This document shows positions 13,116 to 25,758 of a stretch of DNA of 64,000 nucleotides, in pieces. Position 1 is the first letter of the stretch; each line of letters starts with the position of its first letter. Source of the DNA: Polymyxa betae A26-41. Taxonomy: Eukaryota; Protista; Endomyxa: Phytomyxea. Location of the stretch: NCBI GenBank assembly GCA_003693705.1, contig RBZT01000215.1, positions 62,001 to 126,000 on the forward strand. The letters run 5' to 3'. The position numbers and the translations under genes are program-made. The notes under the pieces are model-generated. The model had not been told where the DNA came from. It ran no database searches and saw only the letters and a list, made by a program, of their open reading frames with translations.

Positions 13116-13677
13116 ATGGAAGACTTTGTAACGATCGACCTGCATCAGGAGCAAATCGCCGAGCGAAGCATTACAAGTCTAGCAGCTCAACCGAAATCAT
13201 CGCCTAGCAAGTGGCAGGCTAACATGAAAGGCAAAGATGTTATTCTGGTTTCAAACGCAAATGCTACCCTGGAAATGAACAAGGAACAGACGACGATTCA
13301 GAAAGCGGTCAAGGGGAAAGAGTCACCGATTGCCAAAGAGAATATCGATACAGGTTTTGTAGTCTGTATTCTTTGTATCAATGGCTCATCGATTCGTAGA
13401 ATTCTGCACTACGATCGTTTTAAGCAATCAAGATGGACAAATGAGCAATTTGGCATGCAATGTAACTGTTAACAAAAACGTCGGTTTCATGCCACTCCCA
13501 AGACCCGAACAAAGCAATCCACAAGTTGACCTGAATCAGCTGCAAATGAGATCTGTCAGAATACCGAATCAGACTGTCTCGCTGTCCAAGTTCCAGCTGA
13601 CGCTTGTCATTCTGCTGTTCCTCAGTTCTGCGCTCCTGCTAAAGCAATCAAAATGGCTTTCCTTCTTCGATATATAA
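13116..13677 (+). CDS. Hypothetical tail-anchored protein (2 exons)
   Basis: ORFs 13116 and 13381 join through a GT..AG intron at ~13354-13399. The C-terminal segment LTLVILLFLSSALLL is hydrophobic. Confidence 0.55.
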
Positions 13678-13917
13678 TCACAAGTATTTCCCTGCTCCCA
13701 ATCCTTTGATTCCTCAACGTTTAGAATTCTGATGAAAGAAATATGTTTTACTGGCTGGAAATTGACAAAACGATTCGCTGTTACACTCTTACTGCCTTCA
13801 TTTCGTTCGTTCTCCTACAGAGACTCAATTGAATAGATAGTATCAAAATATTTGTATTCGTATTGGTGCTAGCTGAAAAGTCTCTTCACTGATAGAAAGA
13901 AGGGTTTGGCTGATCAG

Positions 13918-13936
13918 TTTAGGGTTTAGGGTTTAG
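13918..13936 (+). repeat. Interstitial telomere-type repeat (TTTAGGG)2-TTTAG
   Basis: The sequence tttagggtttagggtttag lies ~75 nt upstream of the DDX11 ATG. Confidence 0.6.
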
Positions 13937-14009
13937 CAAGCAGGGCCCCGCTTGGAAAAGAGGGCTGCGTCCGCTCCCCAATTGAGATTGAAATTGCTTC
14001 CCTGTATCC

Positions 14010-16851
14010 ATGACAGTGCAGAAGTTCCCATTCCCATATGATACTCCATATCAATGCCAGGCAGAGTTCATGTCGGCCCTTTACGATGCTCTGCAGCGAG
14101 GCCAGCGAGCCATCTTCGAATCGCCTACTGGCACTGGGAAATCGCTGTCGCTGATCTGCGGCGCTCTGCATTGGCTGACGACTTATAATCAGTCGGAAAC
14201 GACGGCCAGCGCCGACGACTGGATCTCTGCCTTTGTGCAGGAGAAGAAGTCTTCCGAGCAGCAGCGAAAACGCGAAAAGCGGAGGCAATTGGTAGAGACG
14301 ATGCAAAAGCGCCTGAAAAAGCCTACAGCCAAAAAGGCTTCGAAGGAATGCATTTCAGAGGATTTTGTTGTCGATTGGGAGCTAGGAGACATTGCTATGA
14401 AAACCGCTGAAGAATGGGATAAGATCCTAGCAGAGCTCAATGACAACGGCGACAACTTTGAGGAGGAAGAAGATGAGCCGGTCCTTGCGTTTCCATTTTC
14501 TGTTTCGTTTTCAGTGATATATCCTTCTGCTTAGGTTATACAGATACTTTATGCAACCAGAACCCAGTAGGTGCCTTCAAGGCTTCTCTACGTGACGCTG
14601 AGCTTTGACCAGCTCTCAAATTCGCCAGTTCATGCACGAGTTCTTGAAAACGCCATTTGTTGGTCAATGTACTTGTGTGCCGCTCTCGTCCAGAAAACAT
14701 CTCTGTGTTAATGATGCTGTGCGACAACTGTCACCTGCTCTGATCAATGACGCTTGCCTTGATCTAATCCAATCAGGATCGAAGAATTCTGTAAGGAAAA
14801 CTAGCTGCGGAACTTGCCTTAGCTGAAGGTATTCAGCGCTGCGAGTTCTTATCGGGTCCACAGCAAGTAACTATGGCTGCTTATGCCTTAGATAAGGCAT
14901 CGGATTTAGAAGACCTTCAAAAAAAAGGTTCTGAACTTGGCGCATGTGCTTATTTTGGGACGCGTCGTGCTGCCCAATCGGCACATTTGGTTGTGGTCCC
15001 GTATCCGAGCTTGTTAAGCGAGTCAACTCGGGATGCGCTTGGCATCAGATTGAAAAACAATGTCGTCATTATCGATGAGGTGCGACTTCTGGAATATTGA
15101 GCAACCTTGATTAACTGATTTTTAGGCTCATAACCTTATTGAATGTATCAACGAGATGCATAGTCATATGATCGCGCTCGATGTGGTAACACGTTGTCGA
15201 TCAGCATTAGAGGCGTATCTAGAGAGATACGAGTCGCGAATGAAACCCTCGAACTCCACTCAAATTAAGCGACTCTCTTTCATTGCGAGCGCTATCATTA
15301 ACCATCTGAAACGGTAAGCTGCTCTTTTCGTCTATTCATAATTTTATTACCAGTATTGCCCTGTACGATTTGAAATAGCGGTGATTGGTGATTGTTTTCC
15401 AGGTTATCCGAATCCGAATCTACCCGAATTGTTACTGTGAATGATTACCTGTTTGAGCTTCAAATCGATAATCAAAACCTATGGGAACTAGCCACCTGGA
15501 TAGAAGGCAGTGGGTTTATCAAAAAACTGATCGGGTTCATGGATCGGCATGGACAATCGGAGGACAAAATAGACATTGTGAAGCCCAACATGAAACCGAT
15601 GTCTGCTCTAATCGCTTTTAAATCATTCTTCATGTCCTTGACAAATGCTGATTGCGACGGTCGCGTTGTATGGCAATTAATTCGCATCGTTAAGTTTTCA
15701 GCCCTGACACAATTCTTTGCAGGTTGTCGATAAGGCCAACAAAACTGCTAGATTCCTGCTTCTGAATCCAACGAAACTGTTTTCGAAAATCGCGAAAGAA
15801 GCGCGCTGTGTAATCCTGGCAGGTGGGACCATGCAACCGCATTCGCTCTACAAACAACAGCTTTTTGGAGATCAGGACGATGTTCGATTATTCTCATGCG
15901 GACATGTTGTCCCTAGCTCAAATGTTCTCGCGGTTGTCATGACAAATGGTCCCACTCGAGTTCCATTGAATTTCACTTATGCAAACCGCTCTAACCCTGA
16001 CCTACTGTTGGAGCTTGGTCGTACTCTCTGGTAAGTTTGTTGTATTCAGTGGTAAGTTATTTATCTTATCGTGATGCAGCAATTTGATATCCGTCGCACC
16101 GGCAGGCGTAATCTGCTTCTTTCCGTCATATGCTTTTGAAGATGAAGTCATGAAATTTTTCGATCAGCATGGCTTTCTAAAGCGAATCACGGCTAAGAAG
16201 CGAATATTTCGCGAACCTCGTGAGGCCGGTTCAGTTCAGAACACCCTCAACAAATTTGCCAAAGCAGTGCACGAATCACAATCTGGTATGATGAAGGCTT
16301 TTTCTTGATAACTTAACGATTAACTGCTCAAAGGGGCGTTCCTGGCCTGTGTTGTCGGTGGTAAAATGTCTGAAGGGATCAACTTCAGCGATGACCTGGC
16401 TAGGGTACTGGTCGAACAAACTTATAGTGACAAAGCTCTAATGTTTGACAGCTTGTGGTGGTGGTAGGTATGCCATACCCCAATCCGAATGATCCCGAAC
16501 TGCAAGAGCGCATGAGCTACATGCGCCAGCAAAAAGGCGCCATGACGTCAGATCAATATCTGGAAACCCTCTGCATGCGCGCTGTTAACCAGGTATATCC
16601 AACATTCAACAAAGTTGGTTTTACCTACCTGAGATTTGCAGAGTATTGGGAGAGCAATTCGGCACCGAGATGATTATGCTTCCATCGTGCTTGTAGATGA
16701 GAGATATACTCGACCTAGTATTCAGCAACAAATCCCTTCCTGGATCAGGGAATCGACAAAAATCGCAGGATCTTTTGGAGAAGCGTATGCTGCTTTAACC
16801 CGGTTTTACAAAGTCGCACGACTAAATCCAGCAGCAGCGAGCTCCCATTAG
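14010..16851 (+). CDS. DDX11: Fe-S DNA helicase DDX11/Chl1, multi-exon
   Basis: [84 protein letters not shown]. Confidence 0.95.
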
Positions 16852-16971
16852 TCGTTACGTACTCTGCTTTACCTATTTATTTCATAGATTTAAATGTGTA
16901 TTTATTAAAATGCTGCGAAGAATGCCAATCTCTCGAACGAGTGCAAGAACCAATCCATCTCGTTAACAGAT

Positions 16972-18406
16972 CTATGCACTGCTTGGCGGCGTTGCAATAG
17001 GCTTTTGAAGGTTAGCACGCTGCAATGCAGATTTAGTTTGTAAGCATCGTCTTCGAATGGAATCAAGCTCAATAGCCATCTTTATGTCATCTTGGCTCAA
17101 GGTTTAGAATGCAAACATGATGTCTGTTAACCCGCTAACCGATCCATTGCTGGTTTTCTTCAGTCGAAGAGGAAATCACAGTAATCGTTCCGACAACTGC
17201 TGAAGTCAGCTGCATGGTAATCGCTGATAAACGCTTCACCGAAAGGCCACCTATTGCAATTATTCTGTTCAAGCTTGCCGTCCGACCATCGCTGTTCATA
17301 GCCCCATATAAGATCAACTGAATCCAAATTTGCAAAGATTTGGATTGATCACACCAAAGCTTACGTCATTGCAAAGCATAAAGAGACATTGAACGACATT
17401 GTTCGTGATATTCAGTTTACGGCGCCTCATCTAAACCCATTTCAGAGGCTTCTTCTATCATGTTGCTTCGTATCAACAACCTTCATTAGCTTTCCCTGAC
17501 GAATAACATATCGTGCGCCGTTAAAGATGCAGAATCGATTGCAGAAGACGTCACGTTGAACTGCTTGTAGCAGTTGGTTACCTTTGGATTTAATTGGGGC
17601 CAGAAGCCCTTCGATTTCTGACGCTAGATTGCTGATTGCCATCGTAGCTTGCATCAAATCAGATTCGATCTCTATGCTGAAATTGTCATGCAGCCGGTAC
17701 AAACGCACCAATGTCATTAGTAATCGGGCAACTGAATTGTAATCTTAGTTTGACGCATGAAGGAGCGACATGCAATCTCACCGCGATGAACGGATGCATT
17801 CAGAAGCGATTCCAGCCGGACTTCGAACTTGCTCATGATTTCTATTACTGGAGCCATTGATTGGATCCTTCTCGCGGCTGTTAACGTCGCTTCTGTTATT
17901 CTTGCACTGAATCAATAGAAAAGCGATCTCCCAAATGATTGTTACGGTATCCGGCAGCAATGGTCTGATATAATCGGAACAGAGGCATATGCGATAAGAT
18001 CGTATTGCAAATCCGTTCAGGGTTCAGGCGCCCCTCTGCTTGCAGATCTTTAAGGCGATTGTAATACTCTGCGTTCGAAACTACGCGATGCTCCAGCTGA
18101 TTGAACACACAATTTAAATCGGCTTGGATCACAACGCCTTCCAAAGCACTCTTCATTGTTGCCTAAGAACGCTCAAGGCAATCGCTTTCCAACCAGGACT
18201 AGATTTACCAAAACTTGAAGTTTAAAGCGATGTGCACATTCGGTTTTCCAAAATTGTGCAATAATTTTTTCCATGACTTGGTCGAAGGTGATGCGATCCG
18301 GACGGTCAAGGCTCTCGTCAAGCTCCTCATCATTTACATAAATACGCTCGCATAGCAGTCGAGAAGCCACTTCGAGCGATGGCGCTGCATCAAACTCGTC
18401 GACCAT
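16972..18406 (-). CDS. Divergent DH-PH (RhoGEF-like) protein, multi-exon; start may be 18505
   Basis: DH-like IIAQFWKTE, CVFNQLE and MPLFRLY. PH-like RYVIRQGKLMK, LFMLCNDLILYG and SSTEENQQWI after splicing. Stop at 16972-16974. Confidence 0.65.
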
Positions 18407-18593
18407 CACGCTCGACTTGTATTTCTGAGAAACATGCTGCGGATCCAGAAAATAGCTTCTTTGTGTTCTAGAATACTGTATGGAAGAACAGCCGAAACCA
18501 AACATCCTGACAGGATCGGTAGTGACTGTTGCTGAATGGCAATGCCGCAATCATGTAACTTTGCAATAGATTTATACAGAAAACTCTAAGCAC

Positions 18594-20426
18594 TCAAAAG
18601 ATCTCGGCAATCATACATCGAACACCACCTCCTCCGACTGACTCTATGGTTGGAACAGGAACATGAATGATTTTGCTGACATATTTCAGCAGGCGAGAAC
18701 GCTGGTCTTCGTCAAAAGCCTCATATGCTTGAGTAGACATTGCTAATATGGGATGGCCCATTTTGTTCTCTGCAAAACAGTTTTTGATCAGAAGTTAAAG
18801 CAACATAACAGCGAGTTCTAAAATCAGAGCAAGGAATAAATAAGTAATATGACAAAAAACATACCAAGTTCAAGGATGTTCCCACAGAAGGCACCCATTT
18901 GCTGCTTGGTAATCTTGATCACATCGCGATTCTCTGAGAGATCCTCTAAAACGACGCGTCGCTGCACAGGATCGACGATAGCTTCAGCACATATGACAGT
19001 AAATTTACTGCCTATTGTGAGAATCAAGATTGGAGTGCCTGATAACAACGATGCTAACCGATCGCCATAAGAACATTGGTATGATATATCGGGGCATCAT
19101 TGGCGTCTAAGGCATAGAACGACACGAGACGATAACCAAGCTGCCTTGACCATTCTTCAGCAAGGCTTAGATGTGTTCGCTCTGAGACGGAGGCGTAGCA
19201 AACACGGTTAATACGATCTAACACTATGCTGCCTATAACAGTCTTAATAAACAAAGAGAGAGGAAGAACCAATTACCAGTTCCTTCGAGGAATTGGGGGT
19301 CTAGATTCGATTCATAGGGTGTCAAATCGATAACTTTTTCATAGGATCGGATGGATCGAATTTTATCGATGATCTCGGGTCGCCGTTCATTCCGACGAGT
19401 GACGGGCTTCATTGGATAGAGTATCAAGGTTGAGTTTCCACCGGCGCATTCTATCAAGTATAAAAAAAGGTGACTAATCAAGCTAGGCCAGACCACATTA
19501 CCCCCAACACAATGAGTCGAGAACCAGTTATTAGGAAACACAGCGTCAGGTGTGTCGAAACCTGGGTCGCTCACCAAATAAACCTAGTAACTTCATTAGC
19601 AACAAAAATTAAGGCCCGATGCTTTGCCAATTGAAAAAAAACTGAAATAGTGATTACATTGATTCCAGCGTGAACTAGTGCAGAGTATAAATTTTGAAAT
19701 TCGTGAAGGGCATTCCGTCGAATGATCGAATCCTCCTCAGCAGGCTTGTACATGAACTTGTTATCTGCGGCAGCTGCAGGATTGTACCCAAATGCGACAG
19801 GAACAACCATCAACACCTACAAAGATATAAATGGGCTAGGTGCCATCATGGTGACATCTCAATACATTATTCGAGCTCTGTCGAGGCATAATTTCACTTT
19901 TTGAGTTTAGATCTGAGACGATGATACAACGCTGACCGAATCGGCGAACAAGATAAGAATATAGTTCAACATCAGGACTGGTTAAAACCCAGGAATCACC
20001 TTCCAGCATATACTCATCAACGAGGCGTGGTTTTTCACGAGCAATTGCATCTATCGCCAAAATCTTTTTTTTCTCCGACCCTTCCCGCTTTTAGAAAGGC
20101 AAGTTTGATCAGAGAAAATTTTTTACTTACCATTACAGGGCAAAAGACATAATACATCGGCAAGGGTGGGACGATTTAAGACGCGATCAAACGGATTGTA
20201 TACAATAGCAATTCGGTTGCCTTTGAAAACATTGACATTTTTATGAATCGCGGCTAGCCATGATGCACTCCTATACTACTGTGAGTCGGCAACCTGTCCA
20301 GGCACAGCATTGATACGTGGAATTAACGCCGCTGTAAAGCAGAAGCAGGTCGCCGATAACTAGGATATCGCGATGGTTACCGGCGTCTAGTATCGCCTGA
20401 TGCACTGATGATGAGAGATCTGCCAT
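18594..20426 (-). CDS. Amidinotransferase/arginine-deiminase-superfamily enzyme (CtlX-like) with an extra N-terminal domain, multi-exon
   Basis: LMVVPVAFGYN, TPDAVFPNNWFSTH, LYPM..RRNERR, LEGTGSIVLDR, IYHTNVLMAIG, FCGNILEL, and the catalytic-Cys motif GGGGVRCMIAEIF. The spliced 5' exons begin MADLSSSV. Confidence 0.88.
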
Positions 20427-20501
20427 GCCAATAGACGAATGGCATCAACAGGGAGACGAGAGGCGCCGCTTATACACTGCAGAGTTGTCTGCTGTGTAGG
20501 C

Positions 20502-20580
20502 TGTAGGGACCCTATTTCTACGACCCCATTGTTAGTCGGGTCATCCCTTTAACGCGAGGACCCCAACACCCCATTCCTGT
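20502..20580 (-). mobile_element. Candidate polypurine tract plus 67-nt TG...CA mini-LTR
   Basis: The minus strand reads ACAGGAATGGGG, then TGTTGGGGTCC...GGTCCCTACA (imperfect inverted termini), downstream of a gag-like ORF. Confidence 0.3.
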
Positions 20581-21009
20581 TTAGAGCCGTGAGGCTGAGC
20601 CCGATTCAGACAGGATTGGGTTGTGATCCATATTATTGCTCGTCGATGTTGTTTGTTGACGATGCTTTGATTTGCCTCAATGATTTTCTTTTTGGCAAAG
20701 CATTGAGGGAAGGGATGTATCAGAGAGGAAGACACTGCTGCCAAGCCTCTCTATCTCCGGTTCTTCGGCAAGATTGCCCAGCCTATGCCGCTCTCTGCCA
20801 CGATCTATGATCAGTTTAATGTCTCTTCCTCTTGTAAAACCTTCTGGACGACATGACTTCTTTCTATACAATCCACACTGCCAGCGTTTAACACTTGGTT
20901 TTTGCGAACTTAATGGCAGCAGTTTGCGATTATTCAGTTTGCGAAGGGCATTGAATGCACTGTGTGTCCACTTCCGTAACTGTTAGTAATTTTATTGGAA
21001 ATTTCTTCT

Positions 21010-21600
21010 CTAGAACAGTTCCATTTGCTCTTCATCGTCTTGGGGATGCTCTCCTACTGTGTCTTGCTCCATTTCCCTGCAATTAATATTCTCTGTTGGC
21101 ACTTCACCCTCCCGTCGCTCTTGGTAACTTCTTGCAAGATAACTTTCAACACTAATGCGAGGCCTATCTTGGCATTCTATCTCATCCATAGTACCGTCCG
21201 ATTCCAGAACCGATATTTCTATCGCTGTCTGCCCGAGAGAGTTGTTGGCGCGACAATCCCAGATTCTTTCTTCATGTCTTGACAGCGAGATCCGTTTCAG
21301 ATATCGAATTATGTCTGAATCCGACACCGGATCAGAAGGGCAGTGCCCGAATCGTTGCAGCAATGAGTCGAGGACCTCCCGGTCAATCATAGTTCGAACT
21401 GGAATGTATTGCAACAGGTCATCGCTTTGGTCTTGCTGCTGGGCCATGATGTCTTCATACTGGTTTCGTTGTCGCAAGAACAGCACAACAGCAGGAACCC
21501 GCAATGATTCTAGTGGTTGTACATCTAATGCAGGATCTGTTTCATAGCGAGAAAAGTCGATACCATACAGAGTCATGGCGAAATGGCGAAACACCCTCAT
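21010..21600 (-). mobile_element. Gag-like ORF fragment (possible Ty3/gypsy remnant or domesticated gene)
   Basis: AVVLFLRQRNQYED...PVRTMIDREVLDSL...VSDSDIIRYLKRI resembles protist/oomycete LTR-element Gag N-termini (from memory). No pol is seen. Confidence 0.35.
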
Positions 21601-21631
21601 GTCTGTATTATTAAGAGGACATTTTTGTGGA

Positions 21632-23172
21632 TTAAAACGGATCGGTCGGTCGCTGGGGCCGATATCGCCTCCGAATCGCATTCTCACCTCTATCGGCCAC
21701 CAAGATAACTGGCAACGCTATGCTGTCGCCTTCTTCTCGGTAAGTCGCCATCAAGCTCTCGGCATATCGCTTTAATTTCTCCTTCTCGTCATGGTCTCCT
21801 AATTTCACCATGTGCTGCTGATCCTGCTCCCGCTCGCGTTTCTTCTCTTCCTGGAAAACACCTCAATGCTGATGGAACACAACCGAATTCGTGATACCAT
21901 TTGCACTCTATGAAATTGTGCCAGTTGTCGCGTACGTTCACGATTGGCTCGGCCAGCTTCAAGCTGTGACGCCTCATATTCGGCCAAGGCGCGCTGCGCT
22001 TCGCGCAAATCCCTTTCGCGTTGATGGCGCTCTTCTTGGCGATTTTTAGCTTTGGCTTCCATCTGGACAGCAACCATCGTCTCCATCTCTTGCTGGGCTT
22101 GCTGTCGTTTCTTATTGTTGCCATTTTCGATGGATTGCTCAATGGCCTGAATTTTTTCGCTCTCAGTTTGGGATGAATCGGGCGGCACTCGCGACAGCGA
22201 GTCAATAACGCGCTGGTTGAAGCGTTCACGCTGCTCTCTTCGGATTCGGGTGCGTTCGTCTTGTTTCGCTTTGAGGATATCGACCCTGCGCTGGTGTTCG
22301 TTGGCATTGCAAATAGCCTGTTTCAATTCGTCGATATCGCGAGCTTTGCTGAGAGCGATTTCTTCGGCGTGCGCTCGCTGAGCATTCAACCTCTCTTCTT
22401 TGGTGCGATATTGCTGTCGAATTCGTTCGCGTTCTTGTTCTTCGTCTTCTGAACGAATCTGCGCCAACCTGTTGCGGATACGTTCGCCTTCTCGTTGCTC
22501 TTCTAGTTTCGCCTGCCTGCGCTTGACCTCTGCGAGCGCCTTTTGCGCTAAGATTTCGGCTGCGTTTTGTTTCTGCTTCATTTTGCGTTGCATGAGTTTC
22601 TGATGTTCTTCACGGTCTGCGGCTTCTCGTTCTGCTTCCACGCCGGCTCGGAAATGCTCTTCTTTGAGGCGATCATCTTGCTCCATTAATTTCTTCACCT
22701 GAGAGAAACATCAGAAAGTTTGACGTCACGTACTGTTATCTGAACTTTTCGACAGAACCGACGCTCGATTAGCACTTCGCTAAGTAGGCCTGCACTGGTT
22801 AGCTTCCTGACTGCTTCGCCCTGTTCGAAATGGATTTTCTGCGCTCGTTCAATAATCGTTTGACGTTCGGCCTGGCGGATTCTCTCTTCCTGAGCTTCCA
22901 GCATTTGCTCGCGCTGCTCCGCCAGTTCCATTCGACGAGCGCGAGCCGCCAGAGCCTGTTCGCGCTGAGCCTCCAGCGTGTTTTTCCAAGTCTTTACTCG
23001 AGCAGAGCTCCTTTTCTGTAAATCTTGCATCTGATAGGTAGGTTAGATGATAGTTTTGATATTTGATTACGTTCACTCTTCGCTGGCGAGCTGAGCATGA
23101 ATCAGCATTCTGCCCATAAACGGACGATTTAATTCTTTCCAAATTTAAGCTTGTAATGATCGCCGATGCCAT
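21632..23172 (-). CDS. CFAP210: Cilia-associated coiled-coil (TPH-domain) protein, CFAP210/CCDC173-like
   Basis: SSARVKTWKNTLEAQR...IERAQKIHFEQ...LLSEVLIER, followed by a long E/R/Q coiled coil. The final exon is joined by splicing, stop at 21632-21634. Confidence 0.75.
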
Positions 23173-23328
23173 GAATGAGGAAAACCTCTAACAGCAATAC
23201 AGATCGGATCCAATCTCTACTACTTGCGAAGATATTTATCAGATTGTCGGCAACCATCTGTCTTACACCATAAGTATTTTCGACGAACTGAGGTTAGAAT
23301 TATAACTGTAGATGGATATATATTATCT

Positions 23329-24351
23329 TTAATTAAGCAATCTTTCACTATAAACCATTAGCCGATGATATTGACTACGCTGCTGTCGGTACTGCTTGAT
23401 GAAATCATCTTCAGGAATAGACCCAGTTACGTATTGGTCGTGTAGATTCTCGCAAGAAATATCAATACGATCGGCCTTTTCTTGTAGCAATCTGGAGACC
23501 GAAACTGGGGAAGATTGCAGCAGAATCTTCTGTTGACGTTGATGGACGGTTTCCCATACAGCCAGCTGTTCTCTTATTTCAGATTGCAATGCACCAATCT
23601 CCTCTCGCAGCTGCTCTACGCGTTTTTCCTCTTCCAAATTCTCATTCGCGACTTTGGTTACCTCTTGTTCAATCCCTTGCCTTAAAGACAATATAGCTGA
23701 CCACAACGGCAACTTTTGCACAAAATCTTCCAAAGCAACCTCGTCAGTGACGATTTTCGCTAGCTGCTCCGGCGACAACCTTTTCAGTTCCTCGATTTCC
23801 TGAGGAATGGGAGGAAGAGCAATGGCGCTCGGATGCATAGCATCCTTGTTAGAGGGTTGTTCCTGTTGCGATGGCTGCTGTGGCGGCCGATTACTAGCCA
23901 TTTCGGCAAGTATCGATGGAGGGTTGTTAACAAACTCATTCACAATATTTTGTATAAGGCCGCCAAGAGGTGTCTGAGGATCCCATCCGCTAGTGAGCTG
24001 AGGATTAATGACAGTTGAGTCTTGCAACAGTCGATGGGAGATCCCGACCACGGAAACCGTTATGTTTGGTGGCACTACAGGAAACTCATCTGGGAGCCGT
24101 CTGAAAGGCAATTAGAAAGAATAAAAACAGTTAAATTCGAACGCACATTAACAATAAAAACCGGGTCGTTGCTGTATGGACAGGAAGATCGAACGATTTG
24201 CCATCGGGATGGGCAATCACGGATGGATGCATACGCTTCAGATCAGTTATCTGCATCTGCCGCCTACAAGAGCAATCAATCGACATCGTCGTCACGACGA
24301 ATCGCCTGCATACGGTCGCTGCTCGGGAGCAGGCTGCTTCCGTCTGAACAT
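23329..24351 (-). CDS. VPS37: ESCRT-I subunit VPS37 (UEV-like N-terminus plus Mod(r) domain), 3 exons
   Basis: LLIRLPDEFPVVPP...W....LGGLIQNI (UEV-like), ELKRLSPEQL, VANENL and FIKQYRQQRSQYHR. Confidence 0.85.
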
Positions 24352-24829
24352 GATTCGTCCCTACTTCCTGCCTTTTATAGAGACCGATTTCGTATGGCAG
24401 CTGCTAGAGGCAGGATAATGAGTATCGTAAAACAGCGGGCTGAAAGTTGCGAATTCGCAGACCCAGCTGTCTCCTATTTAATCCATTACAGATTTCTCAC
24501 TTTATCATTCTGCTATTCGCTCGTCTGTCGTCATGAGGCCTGTGCGGCCGCGTTCAACAGATTCCATCCCGAGAGGTTCTCCTGTGGTTTTCATTGACAG
24601 TCATTTTCGTTTTGCTGGTCGTTCTCGAAGAATCTTCGATGTTACAGTCGTTGTTCTGTTTTATCCCTTTCAGTCCGCTTTGTCTCTGTATGTGACACAA
24701 TCCAAGACCGATATAGAAGTGACTCAACTAAAGCGTTAACACAAATTTGCCTACTTTGGGCGCGTGCCGCCTGGAATGTTTATTCTGCTGGCTGGAACGG
24801 GCCAGTCCAAAATGCAATACTTCCAATTC

Positions 24830-25492
24830 ATGCAGAATTGCCAAATCTTGTTGATTGTCATTCTCGCCTGTACAATTCCGACTTTTGATGCCCAATGTTC
24901 ATCGCTGGTTGTCAACGGCTTCTTCAACAATGAAAGTACCACAAGGAATGCTTTGGGCGAGCTGTCAGGTGATGATGGCACCACTCAAGGCGTCAGCATC
25001 GTTGGCGGCCGTCTCATCATACAGACCAAACCAGGTGTCGCCGGAGGGTGGTATACCGATATCGATTCTGGCTGTAAAAATGTTTCCAGTCAAAATTTCG
25101 ATCAAGTCGAAGTTGTTTGGTCAAACAGCTCTCCATCAACTTTAGTTATTTCAGTACTATGGGCCGCTGACGAAACAGCTTGTCAAACACGGACCTGGAC
25201 GACAACATCTGCTGGTGCTGACAGCGGCGTCATTGGTGATACAAGCAAGACGACGTCTTTTCAGCTAACGCCTCAGATGACAGCCGGATTACACGCGATC
25301 TATCTTGGCTTGCCAGCCCAAGAGAGCTCCACTACCTACAGCATTCGTAGCATTCGTCTGGTCCAAACACGCAATTGTGTATTGTCGGCAACGAAATCGG
25401 TACGGGCCAGCAACACAGCGCTGAGCCTGTCGTTGGCGTTCGTGTTGATTCTGGTCACTTTCACATTTACTAGCATGGTCTTCATAAACTGA
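24830..25492 (+). CDS. Secreted or surface protein with signal peptide and C-terminal TM/GPI signal; beta-rich, carbohydrate-binding-like domain
   Basis: Signal-like ILLIVILACTIPTFDA, the motif RNALGELSGDDGT...GGWYT, and a hydrophobic C-terminus. Intronless. Confidence 0.7.
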   Translation: MQNCQILLIVILACTIPTFDAQCSSLVVNGFFNNESTTRNALGELSGDDGTTQGVSIVGGRLIIQTKPGVAGGWYTDIDSGCKNVSSQNFDQVEVVWSNSSPSTLVISVLWAADETACQTRTWTTTSAGADSGVIGDTSKTTSFQLTPQMTAGLHAIYLGLPAQESSTTYSIRSIRLVQTRNCVLSATKSVRASNTALSLSLAFVLILVTFTFTSMVFIN

Positions 25493-25758
25493 TAAAATCT
25501 AAATCCAGGAGTTTATTTAGGATGTCATTCTTCCAGGCTCAGAATCATTACCAATGGAGCGACATTACTTCTGATCAAATCTCGATCGAACTTCGATAGT
25601 TATCGAATTTTCGTCAAGCAGGCGCGACCTGGCCCTTTGACTGAGTAACATTAACATATCGAAGTTCGTCGTCGTCAAAGGCAGACAGGGCGCGACCCTC
25701 ACGGACCCTGTAGGTACTCAGGTCTGGGGTGAGTTTGGGGCGCTGGGCTCTACTCACG

